From positions 624,278,001 to 624,342,000 of the forward strand of contig NC_067400.1 of assembly GCF_016432865.1 (NCBI RefSeq): 64,000 nt of DNA, given 5' to 3'. Under the pieces are notes generated by a model that saw only the letters and a list, made by a program, of their open reading frames with translations, did no database searches and had not been told where the DNA came from. Source of the DNA: Antechinus flavipes (taxonomy: Eukaryota). The position numbers were made by a program, and so were the translations under genes. The first letter of the stretch is position 1. Every line of letters begins with the position of its first letter. Shown in pieces: positions 11,091-21,960 of this stretch.

Positions 11091-13674
11091 AGACGATAGG
11101 ATGGCAAATAAATAAATAAATAGTATTTTTATCACTGAGATTTTTGATAAGAACTTAATTTATGACACCACAAAATATATGAAAAAAACTTCTGGTTTTA
11201 TGAATATGAATTTATAAATTGTAAGACCAAAAATCAGGTTTATATATTGAATTTCTTTTAAAATGTTGGCTTTTTAATATGAACTTAATCATCAAGAAAC
11301 ACAAACATCTCATATAAAAGTATAAGAAAGAGGATTGAACGAGAACGGTGAACTCCTCTTGTCACTGGCCGAGTGAGACGCAGGACCCCGAGGCCCTTTC
11401 TCTAACTGGACTGCCAGAGCGTCAGGCGGGCCGTGGTGTCTGCTCTCCAAAATGACTATTTTACGCAGACCCGGCATAGGCGGACAAAAAAGCCATCCAA
11501 GAGCCCTCAAGGTCTCTCTTAAGAACCCTAGAACTGGTTGTATGACCTGGGCCACTGGCAGGGGGACCGCCACCATGGGCGCTCTCCTCAGGGAAGGTGG
11601 GCGCAAAGTTGGGGGATGTGCCCCCAGTGTCCCGGCCTGGGCCCGGCGCTTGGAGCCATAATCGGCTGCCATTTTGGTGGTCCTCCCCCAGACCCTTTTC
11701 CTGGCGATTGTTGCTGCAGTGACTCACAGACCCGTGTGACTCCAGCAGATTGAGGAGAATCCTGGCTCTTTGCCCCTCAGCAGGGGTTATGGGTCAGGGG
11801 TATGTTATGGCTGTTCGGGAGTGTCCAGCCCTCTGTGATCCCACCTGTGCTTTCCCAATCTCCATCTCCAGCCTATTTTACAGATGCAGAAACTGAGGTC
11901 AACAGGTTAAGTGACCCTCAGCTTAGACGGTATTTGGGCTCAACTCTTCCTGGCTCCCGACCAGCCGTTCCCAGCAAGAGGTAACCACTTTCAGATGTGG
12001 CCAATGTGGTGGAACTGGACTTGTCGGTAGCAAAGGAGGACTTGGATGGTTTGAGGGAAGGGGTGCTTGAAGCATTGTGGTGATAGCAATGGAACAAGCA
12101 TCTATTAAGTGCTTACTGTGTACCATGGGCAGTGAGAAAGTGTTAATGAATCATCAAAAAGATGGAACCTAAGAGAACAGCAGGAAATTCAGGAGGGAGG
12201 TGGCCTTTAGCAAAGAATAGGAACTATCCGGGAAATTAGAATTGTCGACCTGTTTAAAAAACAAGCTGCGGGCTGGGGAGATTCCCGAGTTCCATCCCAG
12301 GCGGTTTCTGTCTTAATGTCCATACTGCTGCTGGTTCTCAAATTGTTGAGAAAAAGGAATATTTTAAAGGAAAAGAAATGTCATGTGAGCACTTAAGTCA
12401 ATTAATACTTACTTTGCCGAGTAATGATTTATACCATTCATCTTGGAGCTAATCCTTTCGGTTTTGATGGCTTCCGAGGGTAATTAGTCATGGTTTTCCA
12501 GGGTTTCTTCTCCCAGATCGATATTCTTGCGATGATAAGTCGGGTCATCTTTTGGGGGTCTCAATTCTTCCCCAGCTCTTAGTCCCCCACTGGGTGCGGG
12601 CCCAGCCAAACTGAAACCTGAGCAGGACCTGCATTCGGAAGGTCAAGGTCACTCCCCGAGTCCCCAAGATCACCAGAGTCTTGAATTGTCTGCTGCCACT
12701 GGATCCCAATGACTGGAGGAGAGAATCCAGCTGACAGCTTTTCAGCTCAGTCTCACTTAAACTCAATTCATCCCCCGAGATGTCACCGGTTTCCTTGGAG
12801 GACAAAGGATGAACAATAAATGAACCCAATGTGCCAGCACGGTTGTGTTTTTTCTACAGATTCACACTCCTATTTCAAAGACATGTTGTACCTATAATGC
12901 ATACTTGGAAAAACCAACGGAACACTTTCTCAAATGTGAAAACGAGTCTATCAGCGGACAAGGAGAATTCAGAATCCTAAGAGCTCGGAAGGGCTCTTCC
13001 TGAATTTAACAACAAACGAGCTAAAATTGAGACGCACTTGAGAAACACTGATTCCGGTACTCATCGTTTTGGAAAGCAAAGGGTCGCAGGAGTTAGGCCC
13101 ATTCCAGGTTCACAGGGAATCCAGTGAAAGAAAGGTCAGTGCAAGGACTTGGACTCCGGAGGGAGACGAAGACCTTCCCTCCGATGCTCATCCTCTCGAT
13201 GGGACGTTTGCTTTCTTTCTAATCCCTTCCTCTTCTGCAGCTGCGAGGATGTGGTGAAGACATCTGCGAGATGTGGTGAAGACATCTGCACCACGGCCGG
13301 GAGCCCCCAAGCTGTTATATCTTTGTTTATCGGTTAGTTTTCCATTCCTTGAAGATCTCTTTCACTGACTGCCCGTGTAGCAGGATCTGCCTTTAAGCTT
13401 CCTACAGGACAATTTACAGAGAATCTGGGAGACAGCACGTACCAAAGTGCTTGATAAGTCAATGTTCACGGACTCCTAATGGTTTGTTCTTTCCAGCCTG
13501 GCCCTTCCTAATGGTTTGTGTTTCATTTTACAGATACTGTGGTTGTTACGGAGTATAAATGGTATCTGAGGATAGGTCACCTTTTCCCTTTGGCAAATTA
13601 TTATCCAAATATTTAGATATTTGGAGACCGAGTTAATCTAAATTTTAAGAAAGTTGGTCTCCAACTCCAAAGGA

Positions 13675-14165
13675 TTCTGGGAAGACGGAGGAGTAGGTTG
13701 ATAGATTTCAAGCTCTCCGATTTTCCCCACAAATAGAACAAATTTGCGCCTTAGAGTGAACATCCACTGGTGAAAAATCAAGATTTGGGGCAGAATGGGT
13801 CCTCCTGGTACGGCTAGCAGATCTGAAGGAAGACCCCTGGCCAGGGACTAATCCGGCTGAACCACAAGCCTCCGGCCAGTTCCCACAAACCCCAGTGGGG
13901 ACCCTGCGGCTCGCTGGGTGTGGTGCAGCCTCAGCAGGAGCCAGAGACTTTCATCGGCTGGTCTGTCTGTGGAGTCGGGGTCTGAATCCAGGAAGACCGA
14001 GTGGCCTGGACGGAGTGGGAGCGTGGGAGTGTGCTGCAGGGACTCGGGCCGGAAGCAGCCAGCACAAGCAGGGGCAGGGGCATGGCTGGATGTGGACACT
14101 TGCGGGGGAGGGAGCTCTTGGTTTGAGGTTCCTGGTCAGAGGAGAGAGCTTAAGGGGAGCCGGGG
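13675..14165 (+). mobile_element. Probable L1 5' UTR fragment (marsupial type)
   Basis: Begins TTCTGGGAAGACGGAGGAGTAGG...AAGCTCTCC...GATTTGGGGCAGAA, resembling the start of marsupial L1 as recalled; not checked against a library. Confidence 0.5.
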
Positions 14166-14224
14166 CACCCCCATCCCACCTCATGATTAGAGATGCTTAC
14201 ATTAATACTTCATATTTTAAAAAA

Positions 14225-15060
14225 TCAACCGGCAAAGAAGCTGATCCTATTCCAACTGACATTTTCAAGATGGAGGACCCACTGCTCACGCAAAAGCCGA
14301 CTGAAATTTTCTGGGTTATATGGCGAGAGATGTTGCAGAAGTCCAGGATGCCTTCAGTGTTCGTCTCTGTAAAAGTAAGAAGCAGATTTGTAAGTCTATT
14401 CTTTTTTCTATTGTTTTATTTGTAAATCTGTTCATTGTAAAGAAAAGATTTGTCCTGTGACAACCACGGGGGCTCTCAGTCACTGAGACAAGGTTTTGCC
14501 AATGCCCACCTGGTAGGTGGACCCTCTGCCTAGAAGATGGCCGACCACTTGAGGACCAATATGGCTTCAGAAAGGACCGAGGGGCTCCCGGAGAAATGCC
14601 AGGAGCAGCTCAGGGGCATCTGGCCAGTCCAGAGGCTCTTGGAGAACTGAGGCAAAAGGGGGACATCTGGAGAAACTCGGCAGTATTTTGCATCAAGTTC
14701 CATGGTGGTGGCCCCGCGTCCGGACAGTGGTCGGTGCTCCTGAGCTTTCCCAGTCACCAAGGGAGTGAAACCAGGCTGGGCGCCGGCTCCTGGGCTTTCA
14801 GAGGGAGGTTTCAGCCATGTTGTCAAAGGCCTTCAATGCGGATGAAGACGTGTTAAAGTCACTGCAGGTAATGATTTAATATGAAAAGGCCCGGAGCCAC
14901 AACTCCAGAGGGCGAGGGTCCGCCGTCGGAGAACCATCAGTTACAGCAGATCTGAATGCTGGGTCCAAACTCACCAGCCTTGGCAGGACCCAGGGATACA
15001 CACGCCGATAATGCAGTTGTCACAGTGCCCGAGGGAGCTCCTTGTCCCGGATACTGGAGG
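14225..15060 (+). mobile_element. Decayed RTE-clade LINE ORF2 (reverse transcriptase) fragment
   Basis: Collinear frameshifted peptides GKEADPIPTDIFKMEDPLLTQKPTEIFWVIW, LEDGRPLEDQYGFRKDRG, LPEKCQEQ, AFPVTKGVKPG, SAMLSKAFNADE and EPSVTADLNAGSKLTSLG match the order of RTE RT motifs. Confidence 0.8.
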
Positions 15061-15231
15061 AAAGTTGTGGGGTGGGGGTGGGGGGGAGGATTGGACCCAA
15101 CTCTAGGCCCTCTGCTTTATCCACTGCACTAGTTGCTAAGGAACCATCAGGCTCCTTAATTTGGGGGACAGTCTGTAAATTATTTCTAGACTCTGAGGAA
15201 AATTAATATTGTGTAATATTATTTAATGAAA

Positions 15232-15450
15232 GGCAGCTAAAGGGTAGAACCCTGGGGTCTGGAGTCAGACAGCCTCATCTTCCCGAGTTCGAATCTGGCC
15301 CCAGACTCTCAATGGCTATGTGACCCTGGGCAAGTCACTTAACCCCGCTTGCCTCAGTTTCTTTAACTGTAAAATGAGCTGGAGAAGGACATGACAAACC
15401 AGAATCTTTGCCTCAGATCGTCCCAGAGAGTTGGACAGAACTGAAACACC
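15232..15450 (+). mobile_element. MAR1/MIR-family SINE
   Basis: GAGTTCGAATCTGGCCCCAGAC...TGTGACCCTGGGCAAGTCACTTAACC...GCCTCAGTTTC...CTGTAAAATGAGCTGGAGAAGG core and tail. Confidence 0.8.
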
Positions 15451-16204
15451 AAAAAGTTATTTAATGACCAATTCATCCTTTTCCTTATCCTGAAGGGCTG
15501 GCAGTTCCCAAGAGCATGTCCTCGTGATGTGATCACTCCCTTCCCAAAGGAGACCCTCGATTCCGTTTGCCCCCTGAACAGAAACCGGCTCAAACTCGAT
15601 TTCTCCAGAGGACAAGTCTCCTCCGAGCCAGCTTTCTAGTCGAAGGCGGGGAAGACCTGGTCTTCAGTGGGGACGCCACATCCAGGAGAAAGCAGGTTTT
15701 TGAGCCAGGAATGCTAGAAGCGGCTGGGTCTCATGAAGGAAATAGACTTGCTTCAGCATCAGAGGGTGGGGTGACTTTCCACACCTGAAGGCCTCGCCAC
15801 TTATCAGCCAGGCTGTCCTTATTTTTGCCAGGGAAGATCCAATGGATGTACCATCGGGTCAATCAGAAAGAGCAAACCTCACTTGATTTTTGGCACAAAT
15901 GACCTTTTAATATCAGCCCTCATGCCCCCGATAAATGATCATGTTAAATGGTAACAGTTATGTTACCATATCATATGTTATGTTAACATACCATAAATGT
16001 ATGTTAAATGGTATCTGGCTTGGGGAATTGCCTCAGTTTCCCTATTTGTTAAATTTCAACAATTCCCCTTTGAAATTTTACTTTGGTTATTCACATTCAT
16101 TATTCTTTCACAATGCTCTAATTCGTTTGTATCCATATACTGCAGTTTACTTAGCCCCGTTCCAGTCAACGGGCACCGGCGTCATTCCTAGTATTTTCCT
16201 GTGT

Positions 16205-17075
16205 AATGACTATCTGGCATTGGAGGGGATGTGGGAAAAATGGGACACTCACGCTCTGCTGGTGGAGTTGTGAACTGATCCAACCCTTTTGGAGAGAAAT
16301 TGGGCGCTCGGCCCAAAGGGCCATAAAACCAAATATCCTCTGATTGGCGATACCTTTAGTTCTTCAAAATAAAAAAAAGGCAGGGATGGGGAGAAAGCAC
16401 CAATTTGTACAAAATACCTACTTGTGACGGCAAAGAAATGGCTGAGGTGACGTCCATCACCGGGGAGGAGCTGAACAAGTTGTGGCCCGTGATCCGAAGG
16501 GGAGGCGAGCAGGAAATCTCACACCGACGGGTGCAGAGATGGGAGCGGAAGCACAACAGCAAAGCCAGGAACAGCAGGACTCCGCGGGATCCCCTTTGCA
16601 GACAAGACAAGGATCCAAGGTAATTCCCAAGGACTTGGGATGGAAAATACATCCACGTCTGGAGAGAGAACACTGAGGGAGTCTGGTGTAGCCCAAACCC
16701 ACTAGTTCTTACTTTATTATTATTTTTTTCAAAGACACTTGGGGTAAAGTGACTTGCCCAGGGTCACCCAGCCAGGAAGTGTGAAGTGTCACATTTGAAC
16801 CCAGGTCCTCCTGACTTCAGGGCTGGGGCTCTACCCACTGCACCGCCTAGCTGCCCCTTTATTTTTTCATGGGTTTTTCCCCCTTTGGGACTGGGTCTTC
16901 TTTTACAACATGTAATATAGTAATACATTTTACATCATTAAACATGCAGAATCTTTACTAAATTGCTTACTGTCAGGGAGGGGGGAGAGGATTTGGAACT
17001 CAAAATTTAAATAAATGGATGTTAAACATTGACTTGACCCATAATTGGGGAAAAATAAAATATGACTTTAAGAAT
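16205..17075 (+). mobile_element. Old L1 3' end (ORF2 C-terminus and 3' UTR), interrupted by a SINE
   Basis: GGATGTGGGAAAAATGGGACACT...GGTGGAGTTGTGAACTGATCCAACC and CTGAACAAGTTGTGG, then the 3' tail GGGGGAGAGGATTTGGAACTCAAAATTT. Confidence 0.75.
16712..16857 (-). mobile_element. WSINE1-like tRNA-derived marsupial SINE
   Basis: Reverse complement reads GGGGCAGCTAGGCGGTGCAGTGGGTAGAGCCCCAGCCCTGAAGTCAGGAGGACCTGGGTTCAAAT...TGACCCTGGGCAAGTCACTTTACCCC plus an A-rich tail; A and B boxes are recognisable. Confidence 0.85.
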
Positions 17076-18212
17076 AAAGCCATTCTGGCCCCTATGATCC
17101 ACCCGGCCAAGAGTCCCCGGGGGGGCAGTTCTGTTGCTTTTGCACTGGGCTCCCCCCAAAATTAGGGAGCCGCAGCTGGGCATTAGGGCCCTAGGGGCGT
17201 TTGTGGCTGGGCAGACACCATTTTTCTTACAGGACAAAACTGCCCAGAAAGGGCTGGCCCCCTCACTCCAGGGCCTGAGCCGCCGCCGTGGGTCTGGAGG
17301 AGACACTAGTGAAGCAGGGTGACCTTGGACTTGGGCCGCTCCCTCGTGCTCAGGCCTTTGGACACTCATTCTGTGGGTCAGTAAACACGGACCGGGCCCT
17401 GGCTTCGTGCCAGGCACTGGGCACGCGGAACAAGGCAGGGAGAGCCGGCTCCGTGCCAAAATGGAGAGCTACAAACAAGGCATAGAGAGAATACAGGGGG
17501 CCTGGTCCCTAGAGGAAGGCCCTGGGGTTAAGGGGGGGGGCTTCTTGCCCCGGAGAGATGCTGGCTGGCTGTGGGGAGGTTGGGAAGTCCCGGGGGGAGC
17601 CTGGCTGGCAGAAGATGGCAGGTTGCCCGGGCGGGGGGTACAGGACCACGCAAAGGGGCTGGAAGGGCTGTCCAAGCCAGACAGGATTTCACATCGGATC
17701 CGGGGAGGGGGCCACTGGAGCTTGTGGGAGGGGGTGGCAACGTGGTTCTGAGGGGCAGGTTCATGGGAGCCGCCCTCTCTGATTTCATCCCTTTCATGGC
17801 GGCCAGAGTCCAATGGGAGCAGGCTCTGACCCGGTGGGTCTCGGTGAACTGGGAGGATGGGCTGCGTGTCAGGGCCGGAGCCAGTTAGGTGTGAGCGAAA
17901 CCCTGCAACGCCCCCTCCTCCCCCCCCCCCACACCAAGGCCTGCGCGGGGCTTCAGAAACCAGTTTTGTTTCTCTGCCCTTTAAAAACAAGGTGATTGTC
18001 ACCACAAACTAAGGAAGGATTAGTCCAAGGCCCGCCCTTGTAAGGCATGTGGCAAGGGCTTATGGGCCGCCCGGGACAGGGAGAGGGATAGCTTCTGGGG
18101 GACCCCGTCCTCAGCTGTCCCAAATGCAGGGGCTGGATCGCCCTGTCCCCCTGAACACGGCCCCCAACCCAGGAGCCACATGACCTTACACCCCCTAAAG
18201 GTGACCCCACAT

Positions 18213-18329
18213 CCAGGAGCTGGATTATCGTGCATTCCCTACATGTGGCTCCCCTTCTAGGAGCTGGATCACCGTGCATCCCCTACATGTGGCCCCCCTT
18301 CTAGGAGCTGGATCACCGTGCATCCCCCT
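18213..18329. repeat. 44-bp tandem repeat, about 2.6 copies
   Basis: AGGAGCTGGATCACCGTGCATCCCCTACATGTGGCCCCCCTTCT units. Confidence 0.85.
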
Positions 18330-19377
18330 AACGGAGGCTTCTTTCATGGCCCGGGCTTGGGGCTTCCTTGTCCAGCGCCAGCGGTCAGTGCCGGGGGTTG
18401 GGCCAGGCCGGGGCCCGCCACGATCCTCAGCCCCATTTTCTCTATCCTGGAGAGTCTCGAGCCGCTTCTTGCATTTTTTCCGTTCCAGAAATTTTTATTG
18501 CACGCCGGGTAGAGAGGAATGTAAATAAATATTCACATCGAACACTCACTGATAATAAATCAAAGACGATTATTTTAAAACAATCCTTTGGCATAATTTT
18601 ACCACTAATTTAAGAGGAAAGCAAATTAGCACCCGGATGAGATGGATGTACTTGTTTATTTTACATAAAGAATTAAACCTCAGTGGAAGATTTGATATTT
18701 TTTAGCTTTGCCAGATTTTTATGACCCCCATATTGGATCACGATTCACAGTGTAAAAAACTTTGTTCTAGAGGCGCCGGGAGCGTGTTGGGGTTTGAGGG
18801 GATTCAGGTTATAGGAGGGTGCTGGGACTTTCTCTCCCCTTCCCTGCTCTGGAGATGTGCAGGGCTTGGAGGTGACCTCCAAGGGTCATAAACCTCAGAG
18901 GGGAAACCCCAGCAGTTCCAGAGAGCAGCCCTGCCCTCCTTCCCAAACAGGGGCCTCTCTGCAAGTTACACCCTCCACTTCTCAGGAATGGGCGTGGGCA
19001 TGAGGAGGAGGGGGATAACCAGCCACTTTTGGCAGGTGGCAAAGGCACTGAGGTTATTCCTCAACCACTGAGCTCCTGCCACTTTCTCCCTATGCCCTTG
19101 GAGTGGCTCCTGATTATGGCTATTCAGCATGAAAATAGAAATTATAAAAACTAATGCTTGATAGCAATTTCAGATTTACAAAGCATTTGATATATGCATA
19201 TTTCATATATATATATATATATTGAGAGAGAGAGAGAAAGAGAGACAGAGACAGAGAGAGAGAAAGGTCCTCACAACATCCCTAGGAAATAAGTGCTGTT
19301 ATTAATCCCATTTTATAGATGAGAAAACTGAGATTGAGACTAATTCAGCATATTTACATAAAGTCACAGAGGGATTA

Positions 19378-19805
19378 AAAAAAACCGGGAAGACTTATAT
19401 GAATTGATGCAAAGTGAAGTGCGCAAAACCTGGAGAACATTGTACAGAATAACGGCTAAAAATAAGAATGATTAACTGATCAAGTCAACAGACAGTTCCA
19501 AAGGACCCTTGATAAAAAGTGCTATCTGCCTCCAGAAAGAAAGCTGATGAACTCTGAATGCATTTTGAAGAAAGCATACTTTTAAAGAAAACCTTTTTTT
19601 AAAATTGTTTATATCGTTTGTTTTCTTTTGCAGCATGAAAATACAGAATATGTTTTGCATGACTTTACATGTATAAAAGATGAAGAATTGCTTCTCAAGG
19701 AGGGGAGAGGGGTAGAAGGAAGGGATTTAATTTGGAATTCAAAATTTTTAAACATTAAAAAAATTTTTTTTTTCATGTAATTGGGAAATATTTAACAAAA
19801 TAAAC
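19378..19805 (+). mobile_element. L1 3' UTR fragment
   Basis: GAAGACTTATATGAATTGATGCAAAGTGAAGTG...GCTATCTGCCTCCAGAAAGAAAGCTGATGAACTCTGAATGCA...GGAATTCAAAATTTT. Confidence 0.75.
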
Positions 19806-20461
19806 AAAAAATGTTTTTTAAATATAGTTGTGGCTCCCCATGCTAAGGATCTCTGTTCTCGAATTAGATGCAAACTGTTTTAAATTGTGATCTTTTATTT
19901 AAGATTCTTTTTTTCCTTTAGATTCTGAGACTGGGTCTTCCTCTCTCAGCCGGACTAAAAGCACAGTTTCTATGTCACACGACACTACTGAATCCACAGT
20001 ACGCTGGAAGCAGCACCTCCTTGTCTAATCAGCCAGTTCCTAATTGTCGGGCATACAGTTTCAGGTGTCTCCAGGTTCAGAATGCTGACTGGTACCTGGA
20101 GACCATCAAAAAAAAAAAGTAGCCATTGCCCTTAGACCGATACTTGGCCAGTACAAATTGGGGTGCCCTAGTGCCCAGAGGCGGGGTGTCAAGCCCGATG
20201 AGATGAATTTGCTCCGGCTCTCCATGGCCTGCTAGTACTTCACTAGCTGCCCCGTTTCCTCAGACCCTGAAAGTGAAGAGGCCTTCGGAGCCCTCCGGTT
20301 CCCCGGGCTCTCAGCTCCCTCGCCAACGCCCAGGGGATCCCGTTCCATCCCATCTTCTCCAAAAGGCCACGTTCCATTAAGTTCACACCCTCACCGTTAT
20401 CCACAAACCTGACAGTGTCTCCTCCACCCTCAAAAAAGCTCTGCTTGAGCCCTCCATCCCC

Positions 20462-20625
20462 ATTTTTTTATTTTTAAAGCTTTTTTATTTTCAAAACATA
20501 TGCATGGATACTTTTTCAACATTAACCTTGAAAAACCTTGCGTTCCCATTTGCCCAGCCCGTGCCCTAGATGACAAGCAATCCGCTATAGTCAAACAGGC
20601 TATAAGTACACTCCACCCTCCTTCT
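20462..20625 (-). mobile_element. L1 3' tail fragment (dasyurid-like)
   Basis: TTTTATTTTCAAAACATATGCATGGATA...CCCTAGATGACAAGCAATCC, as recalled for marsupial L1 tails. Confidence 0.55.
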
Positions 20626-20689
20626 TGTGCCATCTCTGTTCTCCTGCTTATAGTAAAGTGCTTGGGGAGGCTTCCTACAGCAGCCTCTC

Positions 20690-21960
20690 CTCTCATTCTC
20701 TTAATTCTCCTGGGTTTCCAATGCTATCACTCCTCCAGGAGGATTCTGCAAAGTCCCTGATGGCCTCCTCTGGCCAATGACCTTTCCTCCAGCCTCATTC
20801 TCCTGAGCTGCTTCTGCCCTTGACACCCCACTGCCTTCTTCCCCTTGCTCCTGTCCCCCGTTTTTACATCCCTCTCCCCATTCTCCTTTTATCTGGCCGA
20901 CTACTCCTTGGTCTCTTTGGCCGGGCCCTCTGCCCTGCCATGGCTGCCAACCAGGACCCCCCAGACTTCTTTTTTCCATCTGGATCCCACTTGGGGATCT
21001 CCTCGCTCCCACGGACCCCTGAGGCCGACGATTCTCAGATCTGCCCATCCTGCCCCAGTCTCTGTTCCGGCTTCCACTCTCGCATCCCTACCTGCCTTTC
21101 ATCTCTTATTACTGAAGCTAGCATTTCTAGCACAACATTAAATAGTAATGGTGACAGTGGGTGACCTTGTCACCCTGATCTTACTGGGAATGGTTCCAGT
21201 TTATCCCCATTACATCTAATGCTTGCTGATGGTTTTAAATAGATCCTCCTGACTATTTTAAGGAAAAGTCCATTTATTCCTATACTCTCTTGTGTTTTGA
21301 TTAGGAATGGATGTTGGATTTTATCAACTGCTTTTTCTGCATCTATTGAAATGATCATATGGTTTTTGTTAATTTGGTTATTGATGTAGTCGATTATGCT
21401 AATAGTTTTCCTAATATTGAACCAGCCCTGCATTCCTGGTATAAATCCTACTTGGTCATAGTGTATTATCCTGGGGATGATTTTCTGTAATCTTTTTGCT
21501 AATATCTTATTTAAGATTTTAGCATCAATATTCATTAGGGAGATTGGTCTATAGTTTTCTTTCTCTGTTTTCAGCCTACCTGGTTTAGGTATCAGTACCA
21601 TGTCTGTGTCATAAAAGGAATTTGGTAGGACTCCTTCATTCCCTATTTTGTCAGATAGTTTATATAGCATTGGGGCTAATTGTTCTTTAAATGTTTGGTA
21701 GAATTCACATGTAAATCCATCTGGTCCCGGGGATTTTTGAGGGGAGCTGATTAATAGCTTGTTCTATTTCTTTCTCTAAAATGCCTACCTGCCTTAAAAG
21801 CTCCAGTCAAGATTTTAAATTCCCAGTGGCCAAAGCGGACCACCTTCTCCTTCTCTCAGAGCCCCCCGGGGCTCCCCAGCTGCCCTCTGACTGTGCAGGA
21901 ACCAGCGCTGGGCTGGTCATCCCCATCCGAGAGCCCCATCTCACCTCCACAATGTCTCCC
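20690..21960 (+). mobile_element. Ancient L2 ORF2 fragment, split by an L1 insertion at 21099-21783
   Basis: Degenerate LILL..SA..DT and ADDSQI RT motifs in the left part; L2-like sequence resumes after 21795. Confidence 0.65.
21099..21783 (-). mobile_element. Young L1 ORF2 internal fragment (RT region)
   Basis: ORF 21170-21670 ([18 protein letters not shown]...[21 protein letters not shown]...[19 protein letters not shown]...ISIDAEKA) is clearly L1 ORF2; flanked by a 12-bp direct repeat. Confidence 0.95.

Noticed and set aside
5000-13600. Possible endogenous viral element or second SLC6 copy
   Set aside because: I could not recognise gag/pol/env, LTR pairs, non-retroviral viral peptides or NSS motifs in any frame; a tblastx search would be decisive.
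13604-13664. Two overlapping short inverted repeats before the putative L1 5' UTR
   Set aside because: The 9-10 bp stems could arise by chance, and there is no TSD to support a MITE.
20067-20103. 10-bp stem hairpin (GTCTCCAGGT/ACCTGGAGAC) as a possible pre-miRNA
   Set aside because: Too short and asymmetric, with no other support.
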